64,000 nucleotides of DNA from Fimbriosthenelais zetlandica. Lineage: Eukaryota. A model generated the notes under the pieces. That model made no database searches and had not been told where the DNA came from. It saw only the letters and a program-made list of their open reading frames with translations. How positions within the stretch are numbered: position 1 is the first letter of the stretch; each line of letters starts with the position of its first letter. Location: NCBI GenBank assembly GCA_977030845.1, contig OZ365118.1:5394001-5458000 (forward strand), given 5' to 3'. Of this stretch, positions 1 to 10,145 are shown one piece after another. Position numbers and translations under genes: made by a program.

Positions 1-106
1 GAGTCTAAAAGTTACCAAAGACTACACATAAACTTGAGTAATCAAGAGTGTGAGCTGGTATTCACCCATAACAGGCTCTATACAAATATCTAACTTAAAA
101 AAATAC

Positions 107-206
107 CGTAGATCCAGGCAATCGCGACCAGCTCAAAGAAGGCCACCAGAAGGATAACTCGACTTCCCGAGTAGTAGTCAAACATTTGGAAAATATACAT
201 TCCACC
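107..206 (-). CDS. SLC6: SLC6 exon 11 ([33 protein letters not shown])
   Basis: ttttcag|GGT acceptor, TACG|gtattt donor, TM10. Confidence 0.93.
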
Positions 207-3200
207 CTGAAAATCAAAGAAATAAAAGTCAACATTCTCAGTAATTCTTTTATAGAACAGTATTAAGCCGGGACTCCACTGCTGCGATTTTGTTTGCGAC
301 ACGTCTGCGACAAAGGTGATGCTTGTGTTTCAATGATAAATTTACCATTGGAGGACGGCCTTAAGGCCTTGGACACTTGAACCACAATTTATAAATTTTA
401 TTCTTACACAACTTCACAAGCATCACCTTTGTCGCAGTAGTGTCGCAAGCAAAATCGCAGCAGTGGAGTCCCGGTTTATTACCGATTTACACTCTGTGAG
501 GGAAAACCTCCGAGCTCAATTTTTGCCGATTTTTCGTAAAGGCGTAATAAAATGACATATACTTACATAGGAAACCATAGATAAGCCTACAAGGAAACAG
601 ACGGCACACACTGCCCCTATGAACAGCTCACGGCGGTAGCCTTTGTGGAGTTGAGGGAAGAGATCAGTGACTGCAGTGATGAAGCCTTCCACTCCTACAA
701 ACTGTAAAATAACAGGTAAAAAGTGTAAAATGACAGGTCACACGGTGTTAAATGACAGGTCACACGGTGTAAAATGACAGGACACAAGTTGTAAAATGAC
801 AGGTCAAAACGAGTAAAATGACAGGCCATAAGGTGTAAAATGACAGGTCATAAGGTGAAAATGACAGGACACAAGTTGTAAAATGACAGGTCACAAACCG
901 TCAAATGACAGGTCACAAACTGTCAAATGACAGATCGCAAACTGCCAAATGACAGGTCACAAACTGTCAAATGACAGATCGCAAACTGTCAAATGACAGG
1001 TCACAAACTGTCAAATGACAGATCGCAAACTGCCAAATGACAGGTCACAAACTGTCAAATGACAGATCGCAAACTGCCAAATGACAGGTCAAAAACTGTA
1101 AAATGACAGGTTAAAAACTGTAAAATGAATGATTACAATACAACTTTCAGGTACCCTCGGTTATTTTGTGATTTCACTGGAAACTTTTCATGACATTTGA
1201 TCATTAAAATAGAAGCATGAAGCCCACCTGACTGTCCAGTCCTAGTAAGATGACCATAAGGAAGAATAGAATAGACCAGAGAGGTGAGATGGGGAGGGCT
1301 GCCACGGCTTGTGGGTAGGCGATAAAGGCCAAGCCGGGTCCTAAAAACAAAGACAATATCATGATTAGAGTCATAAAGCAAATATATAGACCGAATTGAC
1401 AATAAAGCATTTGACAAAAGGAATAGCACCTTAGGCATTTATTTATAGTGATTGAAGTGAGATTACACAAATAGTCAACCTACCTCCTTTTGCTACAGTA
1501 CTGATGTCCTTTCCCAGGGAATTAGCCATATATCCCAGCACAGAGAAAATGACAAAACCCGAGAGAACAGATGTTCCTGAGTTGGCCAGGGCAAACAAAT
1601 ACCCATCCCTGAAAGAAAAATCAACCAAAATATTAGAAAACATTTAGAGATCTAAAACCCCAAAAAGGATTTACTATTTGGTTGTTTCAGAGACTTGCAT
1701 GGAGGATACACTTAAAGAATTGTCCCGTGGAGGGACAGTGGAAAGAATGAAAATATTGGGATGAAATATGAAGTTTGAAGTAGCTTACCTATAAGAGTTA
1801 TGTCTGTATGAGTTATAACTGCCTAGAGCTGTGAGAGTACCCAGCCCTATAGAGTAGGAGAAGAAGATCTGTGTGCCAGCATCAACCCACACCTGAAAAT
1901 AAAACAATTTATTTGACTGAGGAAATTCATTTAAAAAAGCTCAAAAAGGCTGATTAAAAAAAATAGAATTTCTCCCATATAATTCAATATTATCTGGTAT
2001 ATCTATTTTAAAAACAACAGAATTCCGAGGAAACAAATCGACATAATAATACATATAATTTTAAGGGGGGACTTATTTATTAAGAAAAATAATTTATGTA
2101 TTAAGAAAAAGATCAATACCTGTTAAATTTATTTTTGATGCATGTATTATTCAATATTAGATTAACGCATACGACTACTATGTCTAGGTTTGATGGGGTA
2201 TATATATATGATGGGGTATAGTTATAAGGATATAGCGGGTTACTTACATTAATATTAAGCATTCTCTTCCAGTCTGGTTTCACATAGTAAATGATACCAT
2301 CTATAGCACCAGGCAGTGTGGCTCCACGGACGAGCAGAACCATGAGCAGAACATAGGGCATGGTCGCTGTAAAGTACATCACCTGAAGTGGGAATAACCA
2401 TCATTATCATCTATTTTATAAAGCTTAAATTCCACAAATATGCTCTAAACAATGACCCCATACTATTATGAAGAATATTTAAATAGGGGCGGAGGAAATA
2501 GGGGGCCACAGGGGCCACGCCCCCCTACCGCAGATTTTTTTTTTTTTTTTTTTTTTTGGGGGGGGGGGGGAGGACTATATAGATTCCCTATGGTAGAGGC
2601 GTCTGATTCCCTATATATTCCCTATAGTAGACGAGTCTGATATCCTATATATTGCGTATAGTAGACGAGTCTGATATCCTATATAACTCCCTATAGTAGA
2701 CGAGTCTGATATCCTATATAATTCCCTATAGTAGACGTGTCTGATATCCTATATATTCCCTATAAGAGGCGAGTCTGATATCCTATAGATTCCCTATAGT
2801 AGACGCGACTGTTATATATGAAAATAGGTTCTGATGAGAAAAACTTTTCGAGGCGGAATTTTACTTTAAGTGTAGCACATACCTTGCCTGAGGTGCGGAT
2901 GCCTTTCCAGATGCAGAAATAGACAACGATCCAGGCGAGCAGATTACAGAGGCAGAGATCCCACTTTATACCACCTCCATCCTCTACACCAATTGAGTTG
3001 TGGATACCAAGGACCTTCCTCCTGCCACGACAAACAACAAAACTATGATCCTCAGCAAGGCATTTGTTTTAACGTAAAATATAGCATCAGTTGGTAGGCT
3101 TAAAACCAGTTAGTATTGCCCTGGTTTGGAGGAAGGGAATTCACGGACTCGGGCTCCGCCCTCAATCTTCCTGCCTCCACACCAGTACAGTNNNNNNNNN

Positions 3201-6200
3201 NNNNNNNNNNNNNNNNNNNNNNNNNNNNNNNNNNNNNNNNNNNNNNNNNNNNNNNNNNNNNNNNNNNNNNNNNNNNNNNNNNNNNNNNNNNNNNNNNNNN
3301 NNNNNNNNNNNNNNNNNNNNNNNNNNNNNNNNNNNNNNNNNNNNNNNNNNNNNNNNNNNNNNNNNNNNNNNNNNNNNNNNNNTAAAAGTATAGATGAATG
3401 AATTTAAGAATGAATGAATAACAAAGTGAACTCACTCCCAGAACTCCGTGGCGGGATCAGTAATGTTGTCTGAGGTGTAGTTGAAGTTGGTAATATTACT
3501 GCCCAGTTTAACACAGGCTGGCGTGTTCCATTCATTCTCACAATGTGACCAAGGCAGAACGCTCACCATAGAGGCAAACACATAATAAAACGTCCAGGCC
3601 AGGATCACATTGTAGTAGCAATCCAAGAGGAAGACGATGATGGTTGTGGCTAATCCAATGCCTGCAAAAATATAGAGGGATTATTTCATATCTGCCAACA
3701 AAACCGGTGTTAGAATTGCTTTTTCTACACATTTGAATGGGAACAAGGCTACCCATGGAGAACAGGAGTTAATTCTCCATGGGTAGGGGAGACTGGGGGC
3801 ATAATCTTAAGCTGCTGGCAATAGCAGATATGAAATAAAGCTTAATACTCATCCAATCACACATATTGAGATGTCCATTAATTGGACGAAAATTAGGGAC
3901 AAACTCAGAAATTTCACAGTTGCCTTAAAAAGTGGAAGTGAGTCTAATATGAGAGTATATGAATATGATTGTATATGACCTACCATAAGCTATGGGGAGA
4001 ATGTTCCACACTTTGATGCCTCCTTGTTGCATGAACTGACCGATGGCTATCTCCAGGTAGAGGATGGGCACTCCACCGATGATTACACATATCAGGTATG
4101 GGATGAGAAACGCTCCTGAAAAAAATAATAATCACAATTATTAATCCACCAAATTACAATTTCAAGTAAGAAAGGCTGGTGTGAAAAAGGGTGGAGTGGG
4201 GGCTTGTGGCTCCCGCAAATTACTATTTGATGCGACATAATCGCTCTGTGAACTAATAAAATAAATGTCTTAAGTATAATTTTCCGCTTAGTTGATTCAC
4301 AGTTCCTATGTATTTTGGAGCCATCCACTTTTTGCTCAATATCAACAGTTTGTATATATTCATCATTAAAATGCTCGCGAATCTAGAACTTAAGTGAGAT
4401 AAATGGGCGTTTTTTAAACTCTTTAAATTTCAATATTTTTTGGTTTTTTTTGTAGTTTATTTTACATACTTTTGTTTTCCCGGTGACTTAGTTATTGTAC
4501 ATTTTTTGGTGATAAATGGTTAGTAATGACTCTATCAAGCGGCATATTTCCTCCCCACAAGTTCTCTAGCAATCTTTTCAGGTCATGTGCACCTATGCAT
4601 GGCAGTCGTGTCCTGGGACTCGGGCCAAGGCCCCCGCTTTGTAAAGAGAATTCTAAAGCCAGGACAGAGTGTGTAGGCCTCAAATTGGACTCACATAGTC
4701 AGCATCACAAATTGGGCAAAGGCCAGAAATATGACAGACCAGCTTTTGTCTAATATTAATACGGGGGTAGGGGTGTCAATTGTGAATAGAACCCATTAGA
4801 TAGGCTACTAGAATGTCACCAAAATTTGGAATATCCAGATTGGCGAGAGAGGAGGTCCCGGGGGTTATACACGTAACCTTTTGTAGATGAAATTTGTTCG
4901 AACAGGACATGTTTTTCTGTCACAAGGCTGGACCCCACCCCCTTTTCACAGCTCTTACACCCCAACCCCATCCAACCCATCCCCCCGCCTCCCGCCCGTC
5001 AGCCTTAGGCTAGTTACGGGTAATTTTCGGATCAGTTTCTTCTGGCATTCACATGCACAGCTGTTGCCAATGTAGGGGTAGTTATTATATCTCAAGGCTT
5101 ATTCACTTTTTAATAAGTGACTAAATTATAATAAATCATGTACCTACCTCCTCCGTTTTTGTAGCAGAGATATGGGAATCTCCACACATTCCCCAGACCC
5201 ACAGAGAAGCCTATGAGGGCCAGGAGAAAGTCCATCTTGGTATTCCATGTATCTCTCTCCCTCTTCTTGAAGGCGGGCTGGACCGCCTGCTGGGCGTCCA
5301 CCCCCGCCACACGGCTGCCCTGTGTGTGAGAATTAAATCATAATTATTACATAATTCATTCATTCGCAGTTTAATACCACGACTACATATATAATAGAGA
5401 TATTATTATACAGAAAATAAAGGCAAATTGCAGCGGGATTCGGATGTGAGTTGCATTCAAAGTGCAATAAACCATAAGTTTCTTATGATAATTCTATTCA
5501 TACCTAACACACTTTGCGTTCTGCTTTTATGTTTTATGTTCACAACTCTATACCCGAAATAATACATTTCCCATCCAAAATCTGAGTACATTCTGTGTTC
5601 GGGAATTAGGGTTTTTGGCCTGGAATCCCTCGAAATCTCATAGAGTAGGAATCCGCATATCGGTCCATACAGCATATACCATATACCATACAAAGTTATT
5701 ATCTCATGTCTAGTCACATCTAAGTTCATCTCCAATGACTGTCATAAATCACAATTAGAGCATCACCATAATGCCTACATTATGTTGATGCTCTTCGTAG
5801 AAATACTGGCCTACGTGTCTCTCTACATAGGTTCACGATGTAGACTGGGGAAAAGGGTGGCGGATTGGCACCAATAGTTAATAACCTCAATTAAGGACTG
5901 GCTTAGATATTTTGTACAAGGTAAAATGCAAAAAGGTTAGACTCATGGTAAGTCCCTGTATATATATAGTACATTTTAGACATTGTCTCAGAGCCTATTC
6001 GCTTCAAGATGGTTTCCAGGATGACATTAATGAATATCAAATAATGCATAGATGTAACAATATGAAAACCTATTAACCAGAGAGTAAGAAACATTTAGAC
6101 TGATTGGAGAAATGACACGAATACAATTATCAAAATAAAACCCAATTTTGAAAGACACTCTTGTCTTATAATCACGTTTGAGGAGTCTTTGAACTTACTC

Positions 6201-6928
6201 ATTTTGTGCGGAAAAAGGTTAGGAAATGTTTTCAATTGTGCAATTTTCTTCTATCTTTGAATCAGGACTGAAGCAGGTGCTCAAAAGACAAGTGCATCAC
6301 ATAATGTAACTTTCACCTATGGCTAGTTGCACATACATCGAAGGTAAAGCAAGTAAATGACCCAGTTAACAGGTGAAATAAAGACGTCATCAGTACATCA
6401 AGTCACTGACACACTCTCACCCATTATTCCCAGGTACAAGTGCATTTTAAACTTTTCTACCAGGCACTTTTTACCCTCCAAATAGAGAACAAAACTGAAA
6501 AAATTCGGAAGCAGTCTCAAAGCCAAATGTCAAACCACTTTTGAGAATGGGGCTTTATATTTGAAGATCATATATATATTGCCAAGTGATATAACTATTT
6601 TTCTACCTAGAGAGATTAGGATGCATGGATAACGGTAGACAAAATGCACAATACCCAAGTAAAATCCATCACTACAACATAAATATTTTCCAACATATAC
6701 ATTCTTCTTTCAATATCCAGAAAAGCAGCTAACTTGTTTTAACCACAGAAAGCCAATCATTCCAAAACCAAGTGCTCATCACTGAATAGAATACTGCTCA
6801 GCTACATTGATTAAAAAGCCGTGGCACATTTAAGTGGAAACACTTACATTTGCATAAGTCACATTACGTTCATACGGCAAAGTATCCGCCTGACTCAGGT
6901 CGTTGTCGTAATCACTTAGTTTCTCCAT
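107..6928 (-). CDS. SLC6: SLC6 (neurotransmitter:sodium symporter) transporter, GABA/taurine/creatine-like amino-acid type; 11 coding exons, 3' end beyond window start
   Basis: Hand-spliced exons 6848-6928, 5148-5319, 3984-4115, 3436-3661, 2883-3021, 2248-2382, 1789-1892, 1484-1608, 1228-1340, 567-701 and 107-206 total 1462 nt. All junctions are GT-AG with matching phases. SLC6 signatures: [109 protein letters not shown]1 lacks the Asp of monoamine transporters. The paralogue is not resolved. Confidence 0.96.
266..476. mobile_element. MITE family A copy 1 (211 bp), inside an SLC6 intron
   Basis: TIR AGCCGGGACTCCACTGCTGCGATTTTG / CAAAATCGCAGCAGTGGAGTCCCGGTT, long imperfect foldback, no ORF, five copies in window. 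Confidence 0.85.
567..701 (-). CDS. SLC6: SLC6 exon 10 ([45 protein letters not shown])
   Basis: attttacag|TTT acceptor, TAT|gtaagt donor. Confidence 0.95.
698..1128. repeat. 22-bp minisatellite (about 19 copies) abutting the SLC6 exon-10 acceptor
   Basis: Unit CAAACTGTCAAATGACAGGTCA. The central part alternates GGTCAC/GATCGC variants (44-bp higher-order unit). Confidence 0.95.
1228..1340 (-). CDS. SLC6: SLC6 exon 9 ([37 protein letters not shown])
   Basis: tttttag|GA acceptor, CAG|gtgggc donor, TM8. Confidence 0.95.
1484..1608 (-). CDS. SLC6: SLC6 exon 8 ([28 protein letters not shown]...AKG)
   Basis: tctttcag|G acceptor, GAG|gtaggt donor, TM7. Confidence 0.95.
1789..1892 (-). CDS. SLC6: SLC6 exon 7 ([34 protein letters not shown])
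   Basis: attttcag|GTG acceptor, TAG|gtaagc donor, TM6 signature. Confidence 0.95.
2248..2382 (-). CDS. SLC6: SLC6 exon 6 ([26 protein letters not shown]...RMLNIN)
   Basis: cttcag|GTG acceptor, AAT|gtaagt donor. Confidence 0.95.
2575..2812. repeat. About 33-34-bp tandem repeat, about 7 copies, in SLC6 intron
   Basis: Unit CCTATATATTCCCTATAGTAGACGAGTCTGATAT. Confidence 0.9.
2883..3021 (-). CDS. SLC6: SLC6 exon 5 (RKVLGIHNS...[20 protein letters not shown])
   Basis: gtggcag|G acceptor, AAG|gtatgt donor. Phase 2 joins exon 4 across the N gap, so no exon appears to be missing. Confidence 0.95.
3192..3382. other. Assembly gap (191 N)
   Basis: N run within SLC6 intron 4. Confidence 1.
3436..3661 (-). 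CDS. SLC6: SLC6 exon 4 (TM3-EL2: [22 protein letters not shown]...DPATEFWE)
   Basis: tttttgcag|GC acceptor, GGGA|gtgagt donor, EL2 Cys pair and N-x-S/T sequons. Confidence 0.95.
3984..4115 (-). CDS. SLC6: SLC6 exon 3 ([43 protein letters not shown])
   Basis: ttttttcag|GA acceptor, TATG|gtaggt donor, TM2 motif. Confidence 0.95.
5148..5319 (-). CDS. SLC6: SLC6 exon 2 (GSRVAG...[18 protein letters not shown])
   Basis: Acceptor cacacacag|GGC, donor GAG|gtaggt, TM1 signature. Confidence 0.95.
6848..6928 (-). CDS. SLC6: SLC6 exon 1 ([27 protein letters not shown])
   Basis: ATG at 6928, 27 open codons, strong donor AAT|gtaagt, phase 0 matching the 5319 acceptor. Too short for the ORF track. Confidence 0.75.
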
Positions 6929-7589
6929 TTTTTCTCCAGAAATTCTTATCTACAATATCCAAAATATATTGTCTCCAAGAGACATGTCCTGAAGACTGGT
7001 CTTTGCTGTGTTTTGGGAGTAGATGTGAGAATGCTGGGTGTCCTCAGATGGTCGGGAGAGAGAGATGTATAACTGTATGTATAAAGACTAGGGATCCACC
7101 CCCGGAAAGTAAGCTAGCAGAGCGGTGATGGCAACCCATGCATGAACGACCCCACCAATCCCGTATATTATATTATATATGCGAAAAAAAATAACAAATA
7201 TTATATACACCTTTACAACAAGCTATGAGTCAGGATATTATGAATTTGAAATAATCTGCTCATTTCAAACTTACACGTGCATTAGCAAAAATTGCTGATA
7301 TCTAGATGGGCAATTGAACTCATTATCCAATGCAATTAAGCATTTGAGAGTCATTATTTCTGAATGTGCAGAGTAAAGTGATCTGCAGAGATCTAAATAA
7401 GAAGGAAATGGGGTGAAAGTACAGGAGAATTGGAGGTGGCGAGGGAGGAATGGGGGCCCCATTCTAGGTTATATTTGGTGAAACATCATTACTAAATAGA
7501 CAAGAAATGACGACCAATTATAGCTGTATTAGTTCAGACACTGAAAATAAGGGGATAAAATGCCAGGTAAAGGTAACACAGAAAATATC

Positions 7590-7737
7590 CAGGGCGGATC
7601 CGGGATATTTTTTTAATTTGTTGTGGCAAGGGGGAGGGACAAAACGTTTATTAGCCTCACTGTATTCATTTGGCAGGACCCCTCCCACCACCCACCCATC
7701 TTATCACCCCCACCCACACACCTCAATCCGCCCCCTG
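7590..7737. mobile_element. Short TIR element remnant
   Basis: CAGGGCGGATCC ... AATCCGCCCCCTG inverted ends around a C/G-tract interior. Confidence 0.4.
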
Positions 7738-8009
7738 ATATAATTATATGTTCTCAAAGATGCCCCCTAGAAGGTAAAAGTAGGGGTGACATAAACATGT
7801 ACCACCCAGCACCTGCTTCATTGTATTGTATCATAATGTCTTCTACATTTGTATGACTGGAACAATGTGGAAAGGGGAAAAGGGCCCCAGGAAAAAGCTT
7901 CTTAGAATTATAGAAGAAAATTCAGACTATCTAAATACAGTGAGGGTCATTCCCCCGTGAAATAATTGTGTATATGCCTTAAAGGGAAAGGGGTCCAAGA
8001 GTGTAACCA

Positions 8010-8160
8010 ATGGTATGCAGAGCCAGTGTGCAAGGCATGGATGCTTATTAATGTTATACACCCAAAGTTGTCAATGCATGGAATATATGTAAGTGAGGAA
8101 TATACATATATAAAGTCAGAAACCGGTCGTAAAGCAGATAGATTAGAAGGGATGTAGTTA
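8010..8160 (+). mobile_element. Probable 3' fragment of a CR1/L2-group LINE ORF2
   Basis: One frame reads YTPKVVNAWNI, resembling the F(S/T)xRVVNxWNxLP motif near the CR1/L2 ORF2 C-terminus. Short and broken. Confidence 0.35.
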
Positions 8161-8280
8161 GGCTCTAAACACGCAAACATACATGCAACTAAACATAGGA
8201 ATGCAAAACACTGAACAACACTCTGGTGAGCTAGAGTGGAACCAGTGCTCCAGGATCCAAGATGGCGGACCCTGGTTGCT

Positions 8281-8359
8281 ATGCAGCACCAGGAGGAACG
8301 CCGGGAGGGAGTAAACAAAAGGAGTGGTAGGCCACACAGACCAGTGGACAGAGGGGCAG
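8281..8359 (+). CDS. Candidate first coding exon of the orphan gene (MQHQEERREGVNKRSGRPHRPVDRGA)
   Basis: ATG 8281, open 79 nt, donor CAG|gtgact in phase 1, matching the phase-1 acceptor at 9411 (G|GC AAG ATG). Would give 196 aa. Alternative donors nearby (8393-8403) make it uncertain. Confidence 0.35.
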
Positions 8360-9415
8360 GTGACTCAGTGGATACAATAGGAACCCAACATAGGTAGGTA
8401 TAGGTGTTAGAATGCTACTAAATAGACTAATTAACTAATAATATAGGAACCAGAGGGGACCTGTAAGCCTAATATATTTCATTCTAATATATGGTGGCCG
8501 CAGCTTTGAAAATCACTGACTACAAGTGGTTTCCATGCAATAGATCAATAACCAAAAATATCGAACCCACTTGACTATCGATCTACTGTATCAACAGTTT
8601 CTTATTTAAATGTAAATAGAGTTAATAATTGGCATCTTTATGATCAAGAATACCAAACTTATTGCATTCCAGACATGTCCAAAAATACCAGAAAATCTTC
8701 ATACAAGCCCAAAAGGGGTAGGGTGTATATAGAAATATGTATATTTATCAGTATGATTAATTATGCTGTTTAAAGGCTTGATCCCCACCATTCCCTTCTC
8801 TTTTTTGTTTATATAGAGCTTGAATAGATTCACCTGCAGACCAAAGTTCACATTAGTACATAATTATATGCTGCAGTTTAGGATATGTACCAATAATATA
8901 TTTAATATTACTCGTTTCATAGGCTAGAGTTCCAATCCAATCAAAGGTCATCCATGATTTAATACACTGACAAAAAAGTGATTAAATATCATGGATGGAT
9001 TGATTCTTTGACTTTTTGATTAGTTATACATGTACATCATATTTATAGATGAATATTTTCCTTGCTGTAGAGGTAGAGTATCCTTTCCTTCCATGTTCCC
9101 TTAAGAACCTACAGTTCATTAATTTAAGTTCATTAATTGATTAATGTGGAAAGAAAAATCCAAATTTCCTATAACAAGTACTTGGAAATAATTTCGACTC
9201 TTAAAGAACCGTTATACATTTAGAAATTCTCTCCATCCACAGTTCTGATCTATGATCCAATGTATTGTGCTAAAAGTTTCTAACCAATTGAGATTCTAAT
9301 ATTACAAATCATAATGCACATTGTAAGTCATCATGTAATGGAATCATACACCCCCAAGTTTCACTGCTACACTGTAAACACTGACAACATCAATTTACCT
9401 TAATTTACAGGCAAG

Positions 9416-9922
9416 ATGAGTGGATCAGGTAACAATACCGAGTACCAGGTAGAATACTGCCATATGGGCGCCAGGATGGACAAGTCATCGTCCGGTGGTC
9501 AAGCCAGCTGTGGTCAAGCCAGTGGGTCAGTCCCTAACGAGGACATTCAACCTGTAGGTGGTCGTGTCCAGGCCAGGGCCAGAGCTGAGGCTGATGCTAG
9601 ACTGGCTGCTATGAAAGCCTCCGGTCAAGCCATTCAAGATGCGGATTTTGTGGCTACAGTGATGAGGGGTTCTGATAGTTCTCATCATAGAATGCAGCCA
9701 GGATGGGCCAACCCGAACTGGACACCCAATATGAGGGCGGTGAACTCTACACTGTACAACCCAGGTGATCGGGATCCATCTCATAGAAATAACCTGACCG
9801 TCTATAGATCTACACTAATTGATCCACTCAATACACCTGTCCCACACATGGCCGTACCTGATGTTCATAAACTACGATACATGCATAATGAGTACATGAC
9901 CGCGGATGATTGGTACCAATAA
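9416..9922 (+). CDS. Uncharacterised 168-aa protein (main exon probably begins at 9411)
   Basis: Longest non-repetitive, compositionally protein-like ORF outside the two known genes. GC is elevated relative to the flanks. A canonical acceptor (ccttaatttacag|gcaagATG) lies 5 nt before the ATG. No family recognised. Confidence 0.7.
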   Translation: MSGSGNNTEYQVEYCHMGARMDKSSSGGQASCGQASGSVPNEDIQPVGGRVQARARAEADARLAAMKASGQAIQDADFVATVMRGSDSSHHRMQPGWANPNWTPNMRAVNSTLYNPGDRDPSHRNNLTVYRSTLIDPLNTPVPHMAVPDVHKLRYMHNEYMTADDWYQ

Positions 9923-9946
9923 ACTTAACACTTGTATCTAAAGTAA

Positions 9947-10145
9947 AGCCTGGAACACACTAATCCTATTCTGCAATCCGTCGCCATCCGATACCCTATT
10001 TCTAATGACATCTGAAGATTTAAATTTTGTCAGTGGTTAGTCTTACCTAGGTTTAAAAGACTGTTCAAATTACAAACATTTGGTGTGCATAGAAATATAG
10101 TTTTGGACAGCTATCGGATGGCGCCGGATTAGTGGGTTCCAGGCT
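9947..10145. mobile_element. MITE family B copy 1 (199 bp)
   Basis: TIR AGCCTGGAACACACTAATCC / GGATTAGTGGGTTCCAGGCT. Reverse-complement match to 29461-29671. Confidence 0.82.

Noticed and set aside
3091-3435. ORFs spanning X runs (also 42116-42496)
   Set aside because: Artefacts of N gaps.
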